In this document: piece by piece, positions 18,679-28,272 of the stretch | How positions within the stretch are numbered: position 1 is the first letter of the stretch | Layout of the letters: each line of letters starts with the position of its first letter | Origin: a virus | Direction: 5' to 3' (one strand) | IMG/VR virus record: IMGVR_UViG_3300033571_022960 | Coordinates: 32,001-96,000 of that record | DNA: 64,000 nucleotides | The notes under the pieces: generated by a model | Told to the model about the DNA's origin: nothing | Seen by the model: the letters and a program-made list of their open reading frames with translations, nothing else | Databases searched by the model: none | Made by a program: the position numbers and the translations under genes

Positions 18679-19671
18679 ATGGCAAAAAGTAAAACATTAG
18701 ATAAAAAACAATTTGATTTTAATTCCTTAAAGGAAAAATTCTCTTCTAAGGCGAAATTTAAACCTGATAGGTATTTAAATTGTGGTGAGGCATTTTATAA
18801 ATCCTGTGGTGTTCCCGGACCTGCAGTTAATGCGATTAATATGTTCTTGGGTCACAGTAATACTTCTAAAACAACTGCGTTGGTACTTGCGGCAGTGGAT
18901 GCTCAGAAACAAGGAATGTTACCTGTATTTTTAATAACAGAAAACAAGTGGTCGTTTCCACATGCGAAGGAATTGGGTTTAGATTGCAACCAAAATGAAG
19001 ATGGGGAATGGGATGGGTTTTTCTTATTTAGAAATGACTTTGATTATATTGAGCAGATTACAGATTACATTAATAGTTTGATTGATGCTCAAGAAAAAGG
19101 GGATTTACCTTACTCTTTGGTTTTCTTTTGGGATTCAGTAGGTTCTATACCTTCTCAAATGACTTTTGAAGGGAGGGGTTCAATAATGAAAAATGCACAA
19201 GTATTGGCAGAAAAAGTTGGAATGGGAATTCACGGAAGGATTACCAAAACTAAAAGATTTGATTCACTTTATGATAATACAATGGTTATAATTAATCAAG
19301 CCTGGGTGCAGATGCCTGATAATCCATTCAGTCAAGCTACAATTAAGGCTAAAGGTGGTGAGGCATTGTGGTTAGCAAGTTCCTTAATTTTTCTATTCGG
19401 TAATCAAAAAAGTGCAGGTGTTAGTTATATAACTGCAACTAAAGGTGGAAGAACTGTATCTTATGCGACAAGAACAAAAATAACAGTTTTAAAAAATCAT
19501 ATTACAGGTTTAGGTTATAAAGATTCAAAAATATTAGCAACACCTCATGGTTTTATATTAGATAGTAAAGAAGAAGTAGAAAAATATAAAAAAGAATATT
19601 CTCAATACTGGAACGGAATTTTAGAAGGTTCAGGGGAAATAGTTTATGGTGAAGAAGAAGGTGAAGATTAA
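18679..19671 (+). CDS. recA: RecA/UvsX-like recombinase
   Basis: Walker A-like GHSNTSKTT, Walker B FFWDSVGS, MVIINQAW, KGGEA, TVLKNH. Confidence 0.85.
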   Translation: MAKSKTLDKKQFDFNSLKEKFSSKAKFKPDRYLNCGEAFYKSCGVPGPAVNAINMFLGHSNTSKTTALVLAAVDAQKQGMLPVFLITENKWSFPHAKELGLDCNQNEDGEWDGFFLFRNDFDYIEQITDYINSLIDAQEKGDLPYSLVFFWDSVGSIPSQMTFEGRGSIMKNAQVLAEKVGMGIHGRITKTKRFDSLYDNTMVIINQAWVQMPDNPFSQATIKAKGGEALWLASSLIFLFGNQKSAGVSYITATKGGRTVSYATRTKITVLKNHITGLGYKDSKILATPHGFILDSKEEVEKYKKEYSQYWNGILEGSGEIVYGEEEGED

Positions 19672-19674
19672 TTT

Positions 19675-19779
19675 ATGTGTAAAAAAGTTTGTTCTAAATG
19701 TGGTGAAGAAAAACCTTTAGAAGAATTTAATAACAATAAAGGTAAAAAATATAATAAATCAAGTCAATGTAAAAATTAA
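19675..19779 (+). pseudogene. remnant Zn-finger of an HNH/EndoVII-type homing endonuclease
   Basis: MCKKVCSKCGEEKPLEEF..SSQCKN* stops where the second CxxC would be. Confidence 0.55.
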
Positions 19780-19797
19780 AAAAGGAAATAAAATTTT

Positions 19798-20346
19798 ATG
19801 AAAAAATATTTATATATTCAAAATAGGCAATCAGGTAAAACTACTTTAGGATTATACGAACATCTTAAAAATCCAGAAAAATCTTTATTTATTTTATTAA
19901 AAAATGAAATGTGTGATAATATTATTAGACAACATAACCTTTCTTTAATTGAAAGAAAGAATATTATATCAATTGATAGATTTCCGTATTTTATATGTGG
20001 TAAAGAATTTAATAAAATAATTATAGATGAATACTTCTTTTTTAATTTAGAACAAAGAAAAAGTTTATACTCTGTATTTCCAAATCTATCAGATAATAGT
20101 GAAATTTATTTATTCTCAACCCCAAATAAAGTTTATTCTGTTTCAGATATAGAAAGAATAAAAGAAATGAAAGAAAATAAAGAAAAACCAAATTCAGATG
20201 ATGAAGATTTGTATTATAATTTTTTAACTGATTCAGATGTTATTATATACCATAATAAATTTTACAATAAAAACATTTATAATCAATCTTTTTTATTATC
20301 CGATAATCGAATTGAAACAGAAATAAAAGGTAATTATGTAAATTAA
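19798..20346 (+). CDS. small P-loop NTPase (terminase-ATPase-like motifs)
   Basis: RQSGKTT Walker A, IIIDE Walker B. Confidence 0.55.
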   Translation: MKKYLYIQNRQSGKTTLGLYEHLKNPEKSLFILLKNEMCDNIIRQHNLSLIERKNIISIDRFPYFICGKEFNKIIIDEYFFFNLEQRKSLYSVFPNLSDNSEIYLFSTPNKVYSVSDIERIKEMKENKEKPNSDDEDLYYNFLTDSDVIIYHNKFYNKNIYNQSFLLSDNRIETEIKGNYVN

Positions 20347-20358
20347 AATAAAAAAAAT

Positions 20359-20802
20359 ATGAATAACGAAAACAATAATATAGAAATATTGCAAATACCA
20401 AATCATAACTACGAACCTCAAATGTCTAATAGATTTATAATTGAATTCCCTGAAAATTTTGAATCTTTATCATATTCTGTACATTCTTTTAATAGAGGTG
20501 GTAAATTTGGTGGTACGTGGGATTTTATGTCAATAACTTTTAACAATATAATTCACCCATCAACAACAATACTCATTAATGATTTATTAAATCAAGATAA
20601 TTTTAATTTAAAATTAAAGGTATTAGACCCAACAGGTTTAGTAGTTGAAACTTGGTTAATAAGAGTAGAATCACAAACTCTAAGTGTTAGTTATGGGACA
20701 GTTTCTTATGATGATAATGGTATAATAAAAACATGTATTAGTTTTAGACCTTCAAACATAATTTTTAATCCAAATCTAAATGAAATTAACCAAAACCCTT
20801 AA
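20359..20802 (+). CDS. divergent gp19-like tail tube paralog
   Basis: NRF..W..ITF..LKVLDPTGLVVETW..SYGTVSYDD parallels 42575-43078. Confidence 0.65.
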   Translation: MNNENNNIEILQIPNHNYEPQMSNRFIIEFPENFESLSYSVHSFNRGGKFGGTWDFMSITFNNIIHPSTTILINDLLNQDNFNLKLKVLDPTGLVVETWLIRVESQTLSVSYGTVSYDDNGIIKTCISFRPSNIIFNPNLNEINQNP

Positions 20803-20910
20803 CAACATAAAACTAACAAATAAAGGAATATTTTTTAACAATGGATTGTTTATTTTAAATTATAAACTATTTAAAATACTTAAAAAAACAATACCAAAAC
20901 AATACTTACA

Positions 20911-21912
20911 ATGCTCAGAACTTTAGTAATAGATGGTAATTCTCTACTAAAAACTTCTTATCACGGAATTAAAAATCTTTATTGGAAAGATATTCATATT
21001 GGTGGAATGTGTGGATTTATGCGAATCACGCAAAAACTAATAAAAGAAAATTATATCAATCGAGTAATTATATTTTGGGATTCTCCCCAAAGTGGTAAAT
21101 TAAAATCAGATTTATATCCACTTTATAAGATAACAAGAAATAATAGATTTATTAAAAACCCAAATGAAAAAGAAGAAATTTGGTTACAAAAAGAAAGATT
21201 AAAACAATATTTTGAAGAACTTTATTGGAGACATTATGAAGATGTTTATGCAGAATCAGATGACTGTATAGGTCATTATTGTACAAACCTAAGAAGTAAT
21301 AATGAAACAATAATTATTGTATCAGGTGATAAAGATTGTTTTCAATTAATTGATGATAAAGTTTCACTTTACTTTTTACCAAAAAAACTTATAATTACCA
21401 AAAATAACTATAAACATTATTTAAATTATCATTATAAAAATTCTTTCTTGGTTAAAGTAATTGAAGGTTGTCAATCTGATTGTATATCTGGTATTCAAGG
21501 TATTGGTGAAAAAACCCTTATAGACCTATTTCCTGAACTCATTAAAGAAGAAAAATCTTTTGATTGGATAATGGAACGTTCAAAAGAATTAATCAAAGAA
21601 AAGGGGTTAAAATCACTTCAAAATATAATTGATGGTAAAACCAAAAATGATGAATTTTGTGGTGAAAAATTTTGGGAAACAAACAAAAAAATAATTAATT
21701 TGCGTAATCCTTTAATTTTGGATGAAACAAAAGAAAATGTTGAAACAATTACCAAAACACCTATTAACCCTGATGGTAGGGATATAAAGAATTTTTTAAA
21801 GTTAATTAATGAAGATGGATTTATTAATTGCATAAATCAAGAATATACAGAATTTATTAAACCCTTTTTAAATATAATAAAAAATGAACAAAATTATGGA
21901 AAACAAAATTAA
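20911..21912 (+). CDS. 5'-3' exonuclease / RNase H (PolI N-terminal, T4 rnh-like)
   Basis: LVIDGNSL, AESDDCI, VSGDKD, GCQSDCISGIQGIGEKT. Confidence 0.9.
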   Translation: MLRTLVIDGNSLLKTSYHGIKNLYWKDIHIGGMCGFMRITQKLIKENYINRVIIFWDSPQSGKLKSDLYPLYKITRNNRFIKNPNEKEEIWLQKERLKQYFEELYWRHYEDVYAESDDCIGHYCTNLRSNNETIIIVSGDKDCFQLIDDKVSLYFLPKKLIITKNNYKHYLNYHYKNSFLVKVIEGCQSDCISGIQGIGEKTLIDLFPELIKEEKSFDWIMERSKELIKEKGLKSLQNIIDGKTKNDEFCGEKFWETNKKIINLRNPLILDETKENVETITKTPINPDGRDIKNFLKLINEDGFINCINQEYTEFIKPFLNIIKNEQNYGKQN

Positions 21913-22420
21913 AAAACCAAAATTTTCTTTGGTTCTAAGAACTGGAGAAGGTATTATTATTGAAAGATTTTTCAATGTAAGAAATTTTAACCCTGAAACA
22001 ATTCATTCACTTGATTTAACTTTCACATGTGATTGGATAAAAGATTCAATTCTTTATCACTTAAAAAAAGAATCAATGAAATTTATGTGGTCAAACTATA
22101 ATGAATATGCAGAACCAAATTTAAATAATAAAGTTGAAATAAAACAAGAAAGAAAGTTTTATTTGGAATTAAAATATGGTAGAACTCTTATAAATATAAG
22201 GGAATTGGATGTAACACTTTTTCCAAAAGAAACTCTTGAAAATGTATTTCTAAAAGATGAATTCCCAAAATACATACAAGAATTAAATGATGTTCTTGCA
22301 ATTGAAAATAAACAATTAACAAGAAAATATTTAAACCAAAAATTGTATGATATTCCAAGTCATATCAAAACTGATTATAGAAAAATTAAAACAACTGTAA
22401 ATAACTTTAAAAATGAATAA
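21896..22420 (+). CDS. conserved hypothetical protein
   Basis: ORF in the replication operon. Confidence 0.55.
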   Translation: MENKIKKPKFSLVLRTGEGIIIERFFNVRNFNPETIHSLDLTFTCDWIKDSILYHLKKESMKFMWSNYNEYAEPNLNNKVEIKQERKFYLELKYGRTLINIRELDVTLFPKETLENVFLKDEFPKYIQELNDVLAIENKQLTRKYLNQKLYDIPSHIKTDYRKIKTTVNNFKNE

Positions 22421-22637
22421 AGAAAAAACTATAAAATTTATTTGTTTTTTACTTTTTACACCTGTTTATTTATGGTTTATTTTTGGTTTATTCTTATATG
22501 GAATTTTACTACCAATACCACAAGTTTTAGTGGATAAATTTTTGGAAAAAAGAGGTAAAAAATATTCATTCCAAAGATTTTTTAAAAGTTATGTATCAAA
22601 TATTAGTGGATTATTTAAATCAATTTTTAGGGTATGA
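22413..22637 (+). CDS. small membrane protein
   Basis: Hydrophobic FICFLLFTPVYLWFIFGLFLYGILL. Confidence 0.55.
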   Translation: MNKEKTIKFICFLLFTPVYLWFIFGLFLYGILLPIPQVLVDKFLEKRGKKYSFQRFFKSYVSNISGLFKSIFRV

Positions 22638-22867
22638 TTAAAAAAGAATTAAAGAAAAAGATAGAAGAAGAAGTACTATTTAGGGAGTTAAATAGTGATG
22701 AAATCTTAATTATTGATTCATGTTCTGACATTATAAAACGTTATGTTAATGATATTAATGATTTGGAAAGAGAAATTTATGGTCTAAATGTTAGACTAAA
22801 AAATAAAAATATTGAAATAGAAAGTTTAAAACAAGAATTAAAAGATGAAAGAAATAAAAGGCAGTAA
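22634..22867 (+). CDS. hypothetical coiled-coil protein
   Basis: 77 aa, overlapping neighbours. Confidence 0.5.
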   Translation: MIKKELKKKIEEEVLFRELNSDEILIIDSCSDIIKRYVNDINDLEREIYGLNVRLKNKNIEIESLKQELKDERNKRQ

Positions 22868-23441
22868 TAGTCTTTACAAAACATTGGGTGCAAGTAATCA
22901 TACAGATAAAGAAAGGGAACAAAACGATTTTTATGCAACAGACCCTAAGGCAGCAAAATTATTATTGGAAATAGAAGAATTCTCCAATAATATATGGGAG
23001 TGTAGTTGCGGAATGGGTCATTTAAGTAAGGTATTTGAAGAAAATGGTTTTAATGTTAAAAGCACTGATTTAATTGATAGGGGTTATGGTGAAACTGGAA
23101 TTGATTTTTTAAAATATGAAGGTGGTTATCATGGGGATATAATTACAAATCCACCTTATAATTTGGCAGAAGAATTTATAAGAAAAGGTTTGGAAATAAT
23201 ACCAAATGGAAATAAAGTTGCAATGTTCTTAAAAGTTCAATTTTTGGAAGGAAAAGGAAGGAAAAAACTTTTTCAAGAATTTCCACCAAAAACAGTTCAT
23301 GTTTCAAGTTCAAGAATATTATGTGCAAAAAACGCAGAATTTGAAAAAATGATTGCAGGTGGTGGTAGTGCAGTTGCGTATGCATGGTATGTATGGGAAA
23401 AAGGTTATAATGGTGTAACACAATTAAAATGGTTCAACTAA
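22845..23441 (+). CDS. DNA N6-adenine methyltransferase
   Basis: DFYAT, WECSCGMG motif I, IITNPPY motif IV. Confidence 0.85.
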   Translation: MKEIKGSNSLYKTLGASNHTDKEREQNDFYATDPKAAKLLLEIEEFSNNIWECSCGMGHLSKVFEENGFNVKSTDLIDRGYGETGIDFLKYEGGYHGDIITNPPYNLAEEFIRKGLEIIPNGNKVAMFLKVQFLEGKGRKKLFQEFPPKTVHVSSSRILCAKNAEFEKMIAGGGSAVAYAWYVWEKGYNGVTQLKWFN

Positions 23442-23668
23442 TGGATTATATAATAAAATATTGGGAAACAGAAGAAATGAGAGATATGGGTATATCAGAA
23501 ATTTTTTCTATTGAGAAAGATTTAAATGAAACGATTAATAAAGTTAATAAACTTTTTAATGATGAAAATTTTAGTTGTATTGAGATAGAAAATGAAAATG
23601 GTGATACTTTATATCACTTATCAAATGACAATATAAAAGGGGAATTTTATGAAATACATGGGAAGTAA
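23441..23668 (+). CDS. hypothetical protein
   Basis: TAATG-coupled start. Confidence 0.5.
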   Translation: MDYIIKYWETEEMRDMGISEIFSIEKDLNETINKVNKLFNDENFSCIEIENENGDTLYHLSNDNIKGEFYEIHGK

Positions 23669-24359
23669 ATTAAGGTTTGCAAAAGATTTGTTACCTATAA
23701 TTTTAAAAAATAGAAAAGAAAATCAATATTATGTAGAACCTTTTGTTGGTGGTTGTAATATGATTGATAAAGTTTATGGAAAACGTATTGGTTGCGATAA
23801 TAATAAATATTTAATTGCACTTTGGAAAGGTTTACAACAAGAAAGAGAATTAATACTGGATATTCCAAAAGAACTTTATGATAAGGCAAGAAATCAATAT
23901 AATGAAAGGGAAAATCATGGATTTGATGATTTTACAATAGGATGGATTGGTTTTATGGGTTCTTTTAATGGTAGATTCTATGGTGGTGGTTATTCTGGTA
24001 AACATGGTGGTAGAGATTATCCACAAGAACAAATCAAAAATACTTTAAAACAAAAAGATAAAATAAAGGATATTGATTTTTATTGTTGTGAATATTATGA
24101 ATTACAAATACCTGAAAATAGTATTATATATTGTGATATTCCATATCAAGGAACAAAAGAATATGACAATAAAAATAAATTTAATCATGATAAATTTTGG
24201 GATTGGTGTAGGGAAGTTTCACTTTATAATGAAGTTTTTGTTTCTGAATATAATGCACCAAATGATTTTGAATGTATATGGGAAAAACAAGTAAATGTAT
24301 CAATTAGACCTAATAAAACATTAAATCAAACAGAAAAACTTTTTAAACTAAAAAAATAA
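23649..24359 (+). CDS. Dam-like (D12) adenine methyltransferase
   Basis: MKYMGSK, YVEPFVGG, YCDIPY. Confidence 0.85.
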   Translation: MKYMGSKLRFAKDLLPIILKNRKENQYYVEPFVGGCNMIDKVYGKRIGCDNNKYLIALWKGLQQERELILDIPKELYDKARNQYNERENHGFDDFTIGWIGFMGSFNGRFYGGGYSGKHGGRDYPQEQIKNTLKQKDKIKDIDFYCCEYYELQIPENSIIYCDIPYQGTKEYDNKNKFNHDKFWDWCREVSLYNEVFVSEYNAPNDFECIWEKQVNVSIRPNKTLNQTEKLFKLKK

Positions 24360-24365
24360 TATAAA

Positions 24366-25751
24366 ATGAAAGAAAATAAAGATTTGGGTTATCTTGGAAC
24401 AAACTTCCAAATAAGATTAATTAATCAAATATTAAGGGATAAGAATTTTGGTGAATCAATAATAACTTATTTACAACCAGGTTATTTTGATAATCAATAT
24501 TTTAGACTTATAATTGCAAACATAAAGAATTACTTTCAAAAGTATGGTGCAACACCTGGACTGAATACTTGTGAAGAATTTATTAGGGCAAATGTTTCTG
24601 ATGATGGTACGATAAAATATGTAGATGATATTTTCAGAGAAATTAAAAATCAAAATGATGAAGATTTTCAATGGATTCAACAACAATCAATAAAATTTTG
24701 TCGTCAACAAGAAATTAAAAAGGCAATAACTGAAATCAGTTCAGTTATTAAAGGTGGTGATGAAAGTAAATATGATAAAATTGAAGATATTTTTAAGAAG
24801 GCATTAGACGTTGGTTCTGATAAAGAAGAGGGTATTGAGGTATTTCATTCTTATGATGAAGTATTGAGAGATGATTATAGAGAACCAATTCCTACTGGAA
24901 TAAGTGGACTTGATGATAATATGGGTGGTGGTCTTGGTAGAGGAGAATTGGGTTTATTTATTGCTAGTCTCGGAACAGGAAAAAGTTCTTACTTAACAAA
25001 AGTTGCAAATACTGCATATAATGAAGGTAAAAATGTTGTACAAATTATATTTGAGGATAATCCAAAGGCAATACAAAGAAAACATTATGCATGTTGGACT
25101 GGAATTGAATTAAACGAATTGGGTAGGAATAAGGAAAAGGTAATTGAAAAATTAATGGAATTCAAAGATAAGAAAAATAAACTTATAATTAAGAAATTTC
25201 CTTCTTATGGTGTATCAACTAGTACAATTAAAAAATACTTAAAAAATTTAGTTAAAAAAGGTATTAAACCTGATATGGTCATCATTGATTATGTTGAATG
25301 TTTAGTGGGTGAAAATCAAGGTGGTGAGGAATGGCAAGGTGAGGGTAGAATAATGAGACAAATTGAATCTATGTCTAATGAAATGAATTTTGCATGTTGG
25401 GTTGCATCTCAAGGTGGTAGAAGTTCAATTTCTTCTGATGTTGTCACAGTTGATAAAATGAGTGGTAATATTAAAAAGGCACAAATTGGTCACTTTATTG
25501 TGTCAGTTGCAAAATCCTTAAAACAAAAAGAATTAGGTTTGGGTACTATGGCAATTCTTAAATCTCGTTTTGGTCGTGATGGTTTAATTTTTAAAGATTG
25601 TGTTTTCGATAATGGTAGAATGATTATTGATACAACTGATTGTGTTTCCTTTATGGAATTTGAGGAAGAAGAAAAAGAAAACCTTAATGAAATAAGAGTA
25701 AACCGAGCAAAACAAATTTTGCAACAGAAAAAACAATTAGAAACAGTTTAA
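24366..25751 (+). CDS. DnaB/gp41-like replicative helicase
   Basis: GELGLFIASLGTGKSS, IIDYVECL, VASQ, LKSRFG. Confidence 0.9.
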   Translation: MKENKDLGYLGTNFQIRLINQILRDKNFGESIITYLQPGYFDNQYFRLIIANIKNYFQKYGATPGLNTCEEFIRANVSDDGTIKYVDDIFREIKNQNDEDFQWIQQQSIKFCRQQEIKKAITEISSVIKGGDESKYDKIEDIFKKALDVGSDKEEGIEVFHSYDEVLRDDYREPIPTGISGLDDNMGGGLGRGELGLFIASLGTGKSSYLTKVANTAYNEGKNVVQIIFEDNPKAIQRKHYACWTGIELNELGRNKEKVIEKLMEFKDKKNKLIIKKFPSYGVSTSTIKKYLKNLVKKGIKPDMVIIDYVECLVGENQGGEEWQGEGRIMRQIESMSNEMNFACWVASQGGRSSISSDVVTVDKMSGNIKKAQIGHFIVSVAKSLKQKELGLGTMAILKSRFGRDGLIFKDCVFDNGRMIIDTTDCVSFMEFEEEEKENLNEIRVNRAKQILQQKKQLETV

Positions 25752-25778
25752 TTTTCTTAAAAATCAACTATATTTTTG
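25747..25778 (+). promoter_or_regulatory. Bacteroidota-type promoter, near-leaderless
   Basis: TTTA-N20-TATTTTTG-N3-ATG. Confidence 0.5.
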
Positions 25779-25781
25779 ATT

Positions 25782-26027
25782 ATGACATTAGAAAAAACAT
25801 TAGAAAATATAAAAAAAACAAATAAAGGACACTTTAATACTGAAATTAAATTAGTTCAGGGTTCAGATTCAAAATACCATTTTTATAATACTGATATTGA
25901 ATATCAAGAGTTATTTATTAATGATGTTTATAAGAATTATTTAAATTGTATTTTAAACTATAACTCTTTAGAAAGAAAATATTATCTTACCAAAGATAAT
26001 GGTATTTTACTTTTCAGACCATTTTAA
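25782..26027 (+). CDS. MxLxKT-family small protein
   Basis: MTLEKTLENIKKTNKGHFN. Confidence 0.6.
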   Translation: MTLEKTLENIKKTNKGHFNTEIKLVQGSDSKYHFYNTDIEYQELFINDVYKNYLNCILNYNSLERKYYLTKDNGILLFRPF

Positions 26028-26028
26028 T

Positions 26029-26259
26029 ATGATTAAAGGAAATGTAATAAAAGAAAATGATAAACTTCTTATTGAATATAAGAAAGATTTATTTGATGGA
26101 ATATTTTTTTATTATGATTATTATACAAAAAAAATTGAAATTAAAGAAAATAATATTGATTTAAAAGAAGGGGATAAGGTTTTATTTGAAATTGAAACCA
26201 TTTCTGATGGAACTTTCCTTATAGATAAGGATATTGCAAAAATAATTACTAAAATTTAA
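26029..26259 (+). CDS. hypothetical protein
   Basis: MIKGNVIKE..EGDKVLFE. Confidence 0.5.
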   Translation: MIKGNVIKENDKLLIEYKKDLFDGIFFYYDYYTKKIEIKENNIDLKEGDKVLFEIETISDGTFLIDKDIAKIITKI

Positions 26260-26264
26260 AAATT

Positions 26265-26984
26265 ATGAATTTTAAAGAATACTTAGAACAAAGTGAAAAA
26301 ACAATTTCAAATCAATTTAACATTGATACTGAAAGAGAACAAAAAGTTTTACATGCAATAATTGGTATGTTAACAGAAGTTGAAGAAATAATGGATTCAA
26401 AAGATATTGTTAACTTAAAAGAAGAAATATCAGATATTTTTTGGTATTCTGCAATTATATATAGGGAATATGAAATTGATTTTACTTATGAGTATGTTAA
26501 AACAGAAAAAAATATTATAGAGTTCTTAAAAAGAAATATTACACTTCTTGATATGTTTAAGAAAAAAATATTTTATAATAAAGAAATTGATTCAGTAAAA
26601 TTTGTTTCTTTATTCAAAGAAACAATGAATTATATAATTTCTTTATGTGCAGATAATAACTTTGATATAGAAGAAATTTTTGAATTAAATATTCAAAAAT
26701 TAAAGAAAAGATATGGAAATAAATTCAGTTCAGAAAGTGCAATAAATAGGGATTTAGAAGGTGAAAGAAAAGTCATGGAAGAAAATGAAATTATATTACA
26801 AGTTATAGAATTAACTGAATATGGTGTATCAGTATTTAACGAAATTGATAAATTTGAATTATGGATGAAAAAACCTAACAAAGAGTTAAATAATGATATA
26901 CCTGAAAATTATTTAAATTCAATAGAAGGAATTGAAAAAATAAAAAATTTATTAAACAAAATAGAACACGGAATTTTTATTTAA
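26265..26984 (+). CDS. MazG-like nucleotide pyrophosphohydrolase fused to an Xre/MbcA/ParS-type antitoxin C-terminal domain
   Basis: IGMLTEVEE..LKEEISDIFWY..NIQKLKKRY; C-terminus GVSVFNEIDKFELWMKKPNKELNNDIPENYLNSIEGIEKIKNLLNKIEHGIF. Confidence 0.75.
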   Translation: MNFKEYLEQSEKTISNQFNIDTEREQKVLHAIIGMLTEVEEIMDSKDIVNLKEEISDIFWYSAIIYREYEIDFTYEYVKTEKNIIEFLKRNITLLDMFKKKIFYNKEIDSVKFVSLFKETMNYIISLCADNNFDIEEIFELNIQKLKKRYGNKFSSESAINRDLEGERKVMEENEIILQVIELTEYGVSVFNEIDKFELWMKKPNKELNNDIPENYLNSIEGIEKIKNLLNKIEHGIFI

Positions 26985-27000
26985 AAAAAAAACATAAATC

Positions 27001-27432
27001 ATGAAAAATATTTTAATAGTATTAATGTTATTACCAATTACTTTATTTTCACAAATAAAGGTTACAACAACAAATTATACAACAGTTCATTTAAGAATTG
27101 ATAAGAAAAACAATATATTAAATTTTAATGTTGAGGGAATTTATGATGATAATAATATCCTAAAAAAAGAAAAACCAAAAACTTTAAGATTAATTTTTGA
27201 TAATAATATGTTTATTGAAACCGAATTAATTGATGATAATTTCTCTTATTCAGAAGAAACTTTTGAGTATAATGCAAATTTCCAAATCAATAACAATGAT
27301 AAAAATTTATTGGAAACATTTTTATTAAAAAAATGGACTTTAAGTTTCAAATATTTTCAGGTCACAGAAAACATAAAAACAAAAAATTCAAAAAAATTCT
27401 ATTATTATATAAATTCAAAATGTAATGAATAA
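27001..27432 (+). CDS. secreted/periplasmic protein
   Basis: MKNILIVLMLLPITLFSQ, a Bacteroidota-style signal peptide with Q at +1. Confidence 0.6.
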   Translation: MKNILIVLMLLPITLFSQIKVTTTNYTTVHLRIDKKNNILNFNVEGIYDDNNILKKEKPKTLRLIFDNNMFIETELIDDNFSYSEETFEYNANFQINNNDKNLLETFLLKKWTLSFKYFQVTENIKTKNSKKFYYYINSKCNE

Positions 27433-28240
27433 AATACAAAAACCAATTTCATTCTTCGGAGGTAAAACCGAAATGGCATATAAAATAATTGAACATTTTC
27501 CAAATTTCAAAGAAAATAATATAACAACCTATGTTGAACCTTTTGGTGGTTCTTATGGTGTGGGTTTAAAATTAAAAGAAATACCAGAAGTTGAGATATA
27601 TAATGATTTATGGTCAAATGTATATTCTTTATATAAAGTTTTGGGTGATAAAGAAATGTTTAATGAGTTTAAAGATAAATGTGATTTAACTCATTTTTCA
27701 GAAGAACTTTGGAAAGAATATAAACAACTTTTAAAAAGGGAAGATTTAACTATTGTTGAACGTGCATTTTATTATTTCTATGTTAATAGAACAAGTAGAA
27801 ATGGTGTCGGAGGGTTTACTACCAATTTAGTTGTACGTAGAAAAATGGGTAAATCCATATCAGATATGTTATCATCTATTGATGGTATGTATGATTTACA
27901 CCAAAGATTATCCAAAATTACCTTTTTAAATAGGGATGCAAAGGATGTTATTAAAAAATTTGATTTACCTTTTGTTTTTCAATATCATGACCCACCATAT
28001 CATCATTCAACAAGAACAAGTGCAAGATATTCTGTTGATATGGACAATGAACAACAAAAAGAATATTTAAATTTACTTTTATCTTTAGAAAACACAAAAG
28101 TTTTGGTTTCAGATTATGCATGTGATGAATATAAAATTTTGGAAGAAAATGGTTGGGAACGTATAGATTTTGAGGTAAAAACTGTAAGTGGAACAAATGA
28201 AAGAAAAATAAAAATTGAGAGTTTATGGAAGAATTATTAA
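27425..28240 (+). CDS. Dam-like (D12) adenine methyltransferase
   Basis: SFFGGK, YVEPFGGS, YNDL, YHDPPY. Confidence 0.85.
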   Translation: MNKIQKPISFFGGKTEMAYKIIEHFPNFKENNITTYVEPFGGSYGVGLKLKEIPEVEIYNDLWSNVYSLYKVLGDKEMFNEFKDKCDLTHFSEELWKEYKQLLKREDLTIVERAFYYFYVNRTSRNGVGGFTTNLVVRRKMGKSISDMLSSIDGMYDLHQRLSKITFLNRDAKDVIKKFDLPFVFQYHDPPYHHSTRTSARYSVDMDNEQQKEYLNLLLSLENTKVLVSDYACDEYKILEENGWERIDFEVKTVSGTNERKIKIESLWKNY

Positions 28241-28272
28241 TTTCTAAATTGAAAAAATAGATATTTATTAAC

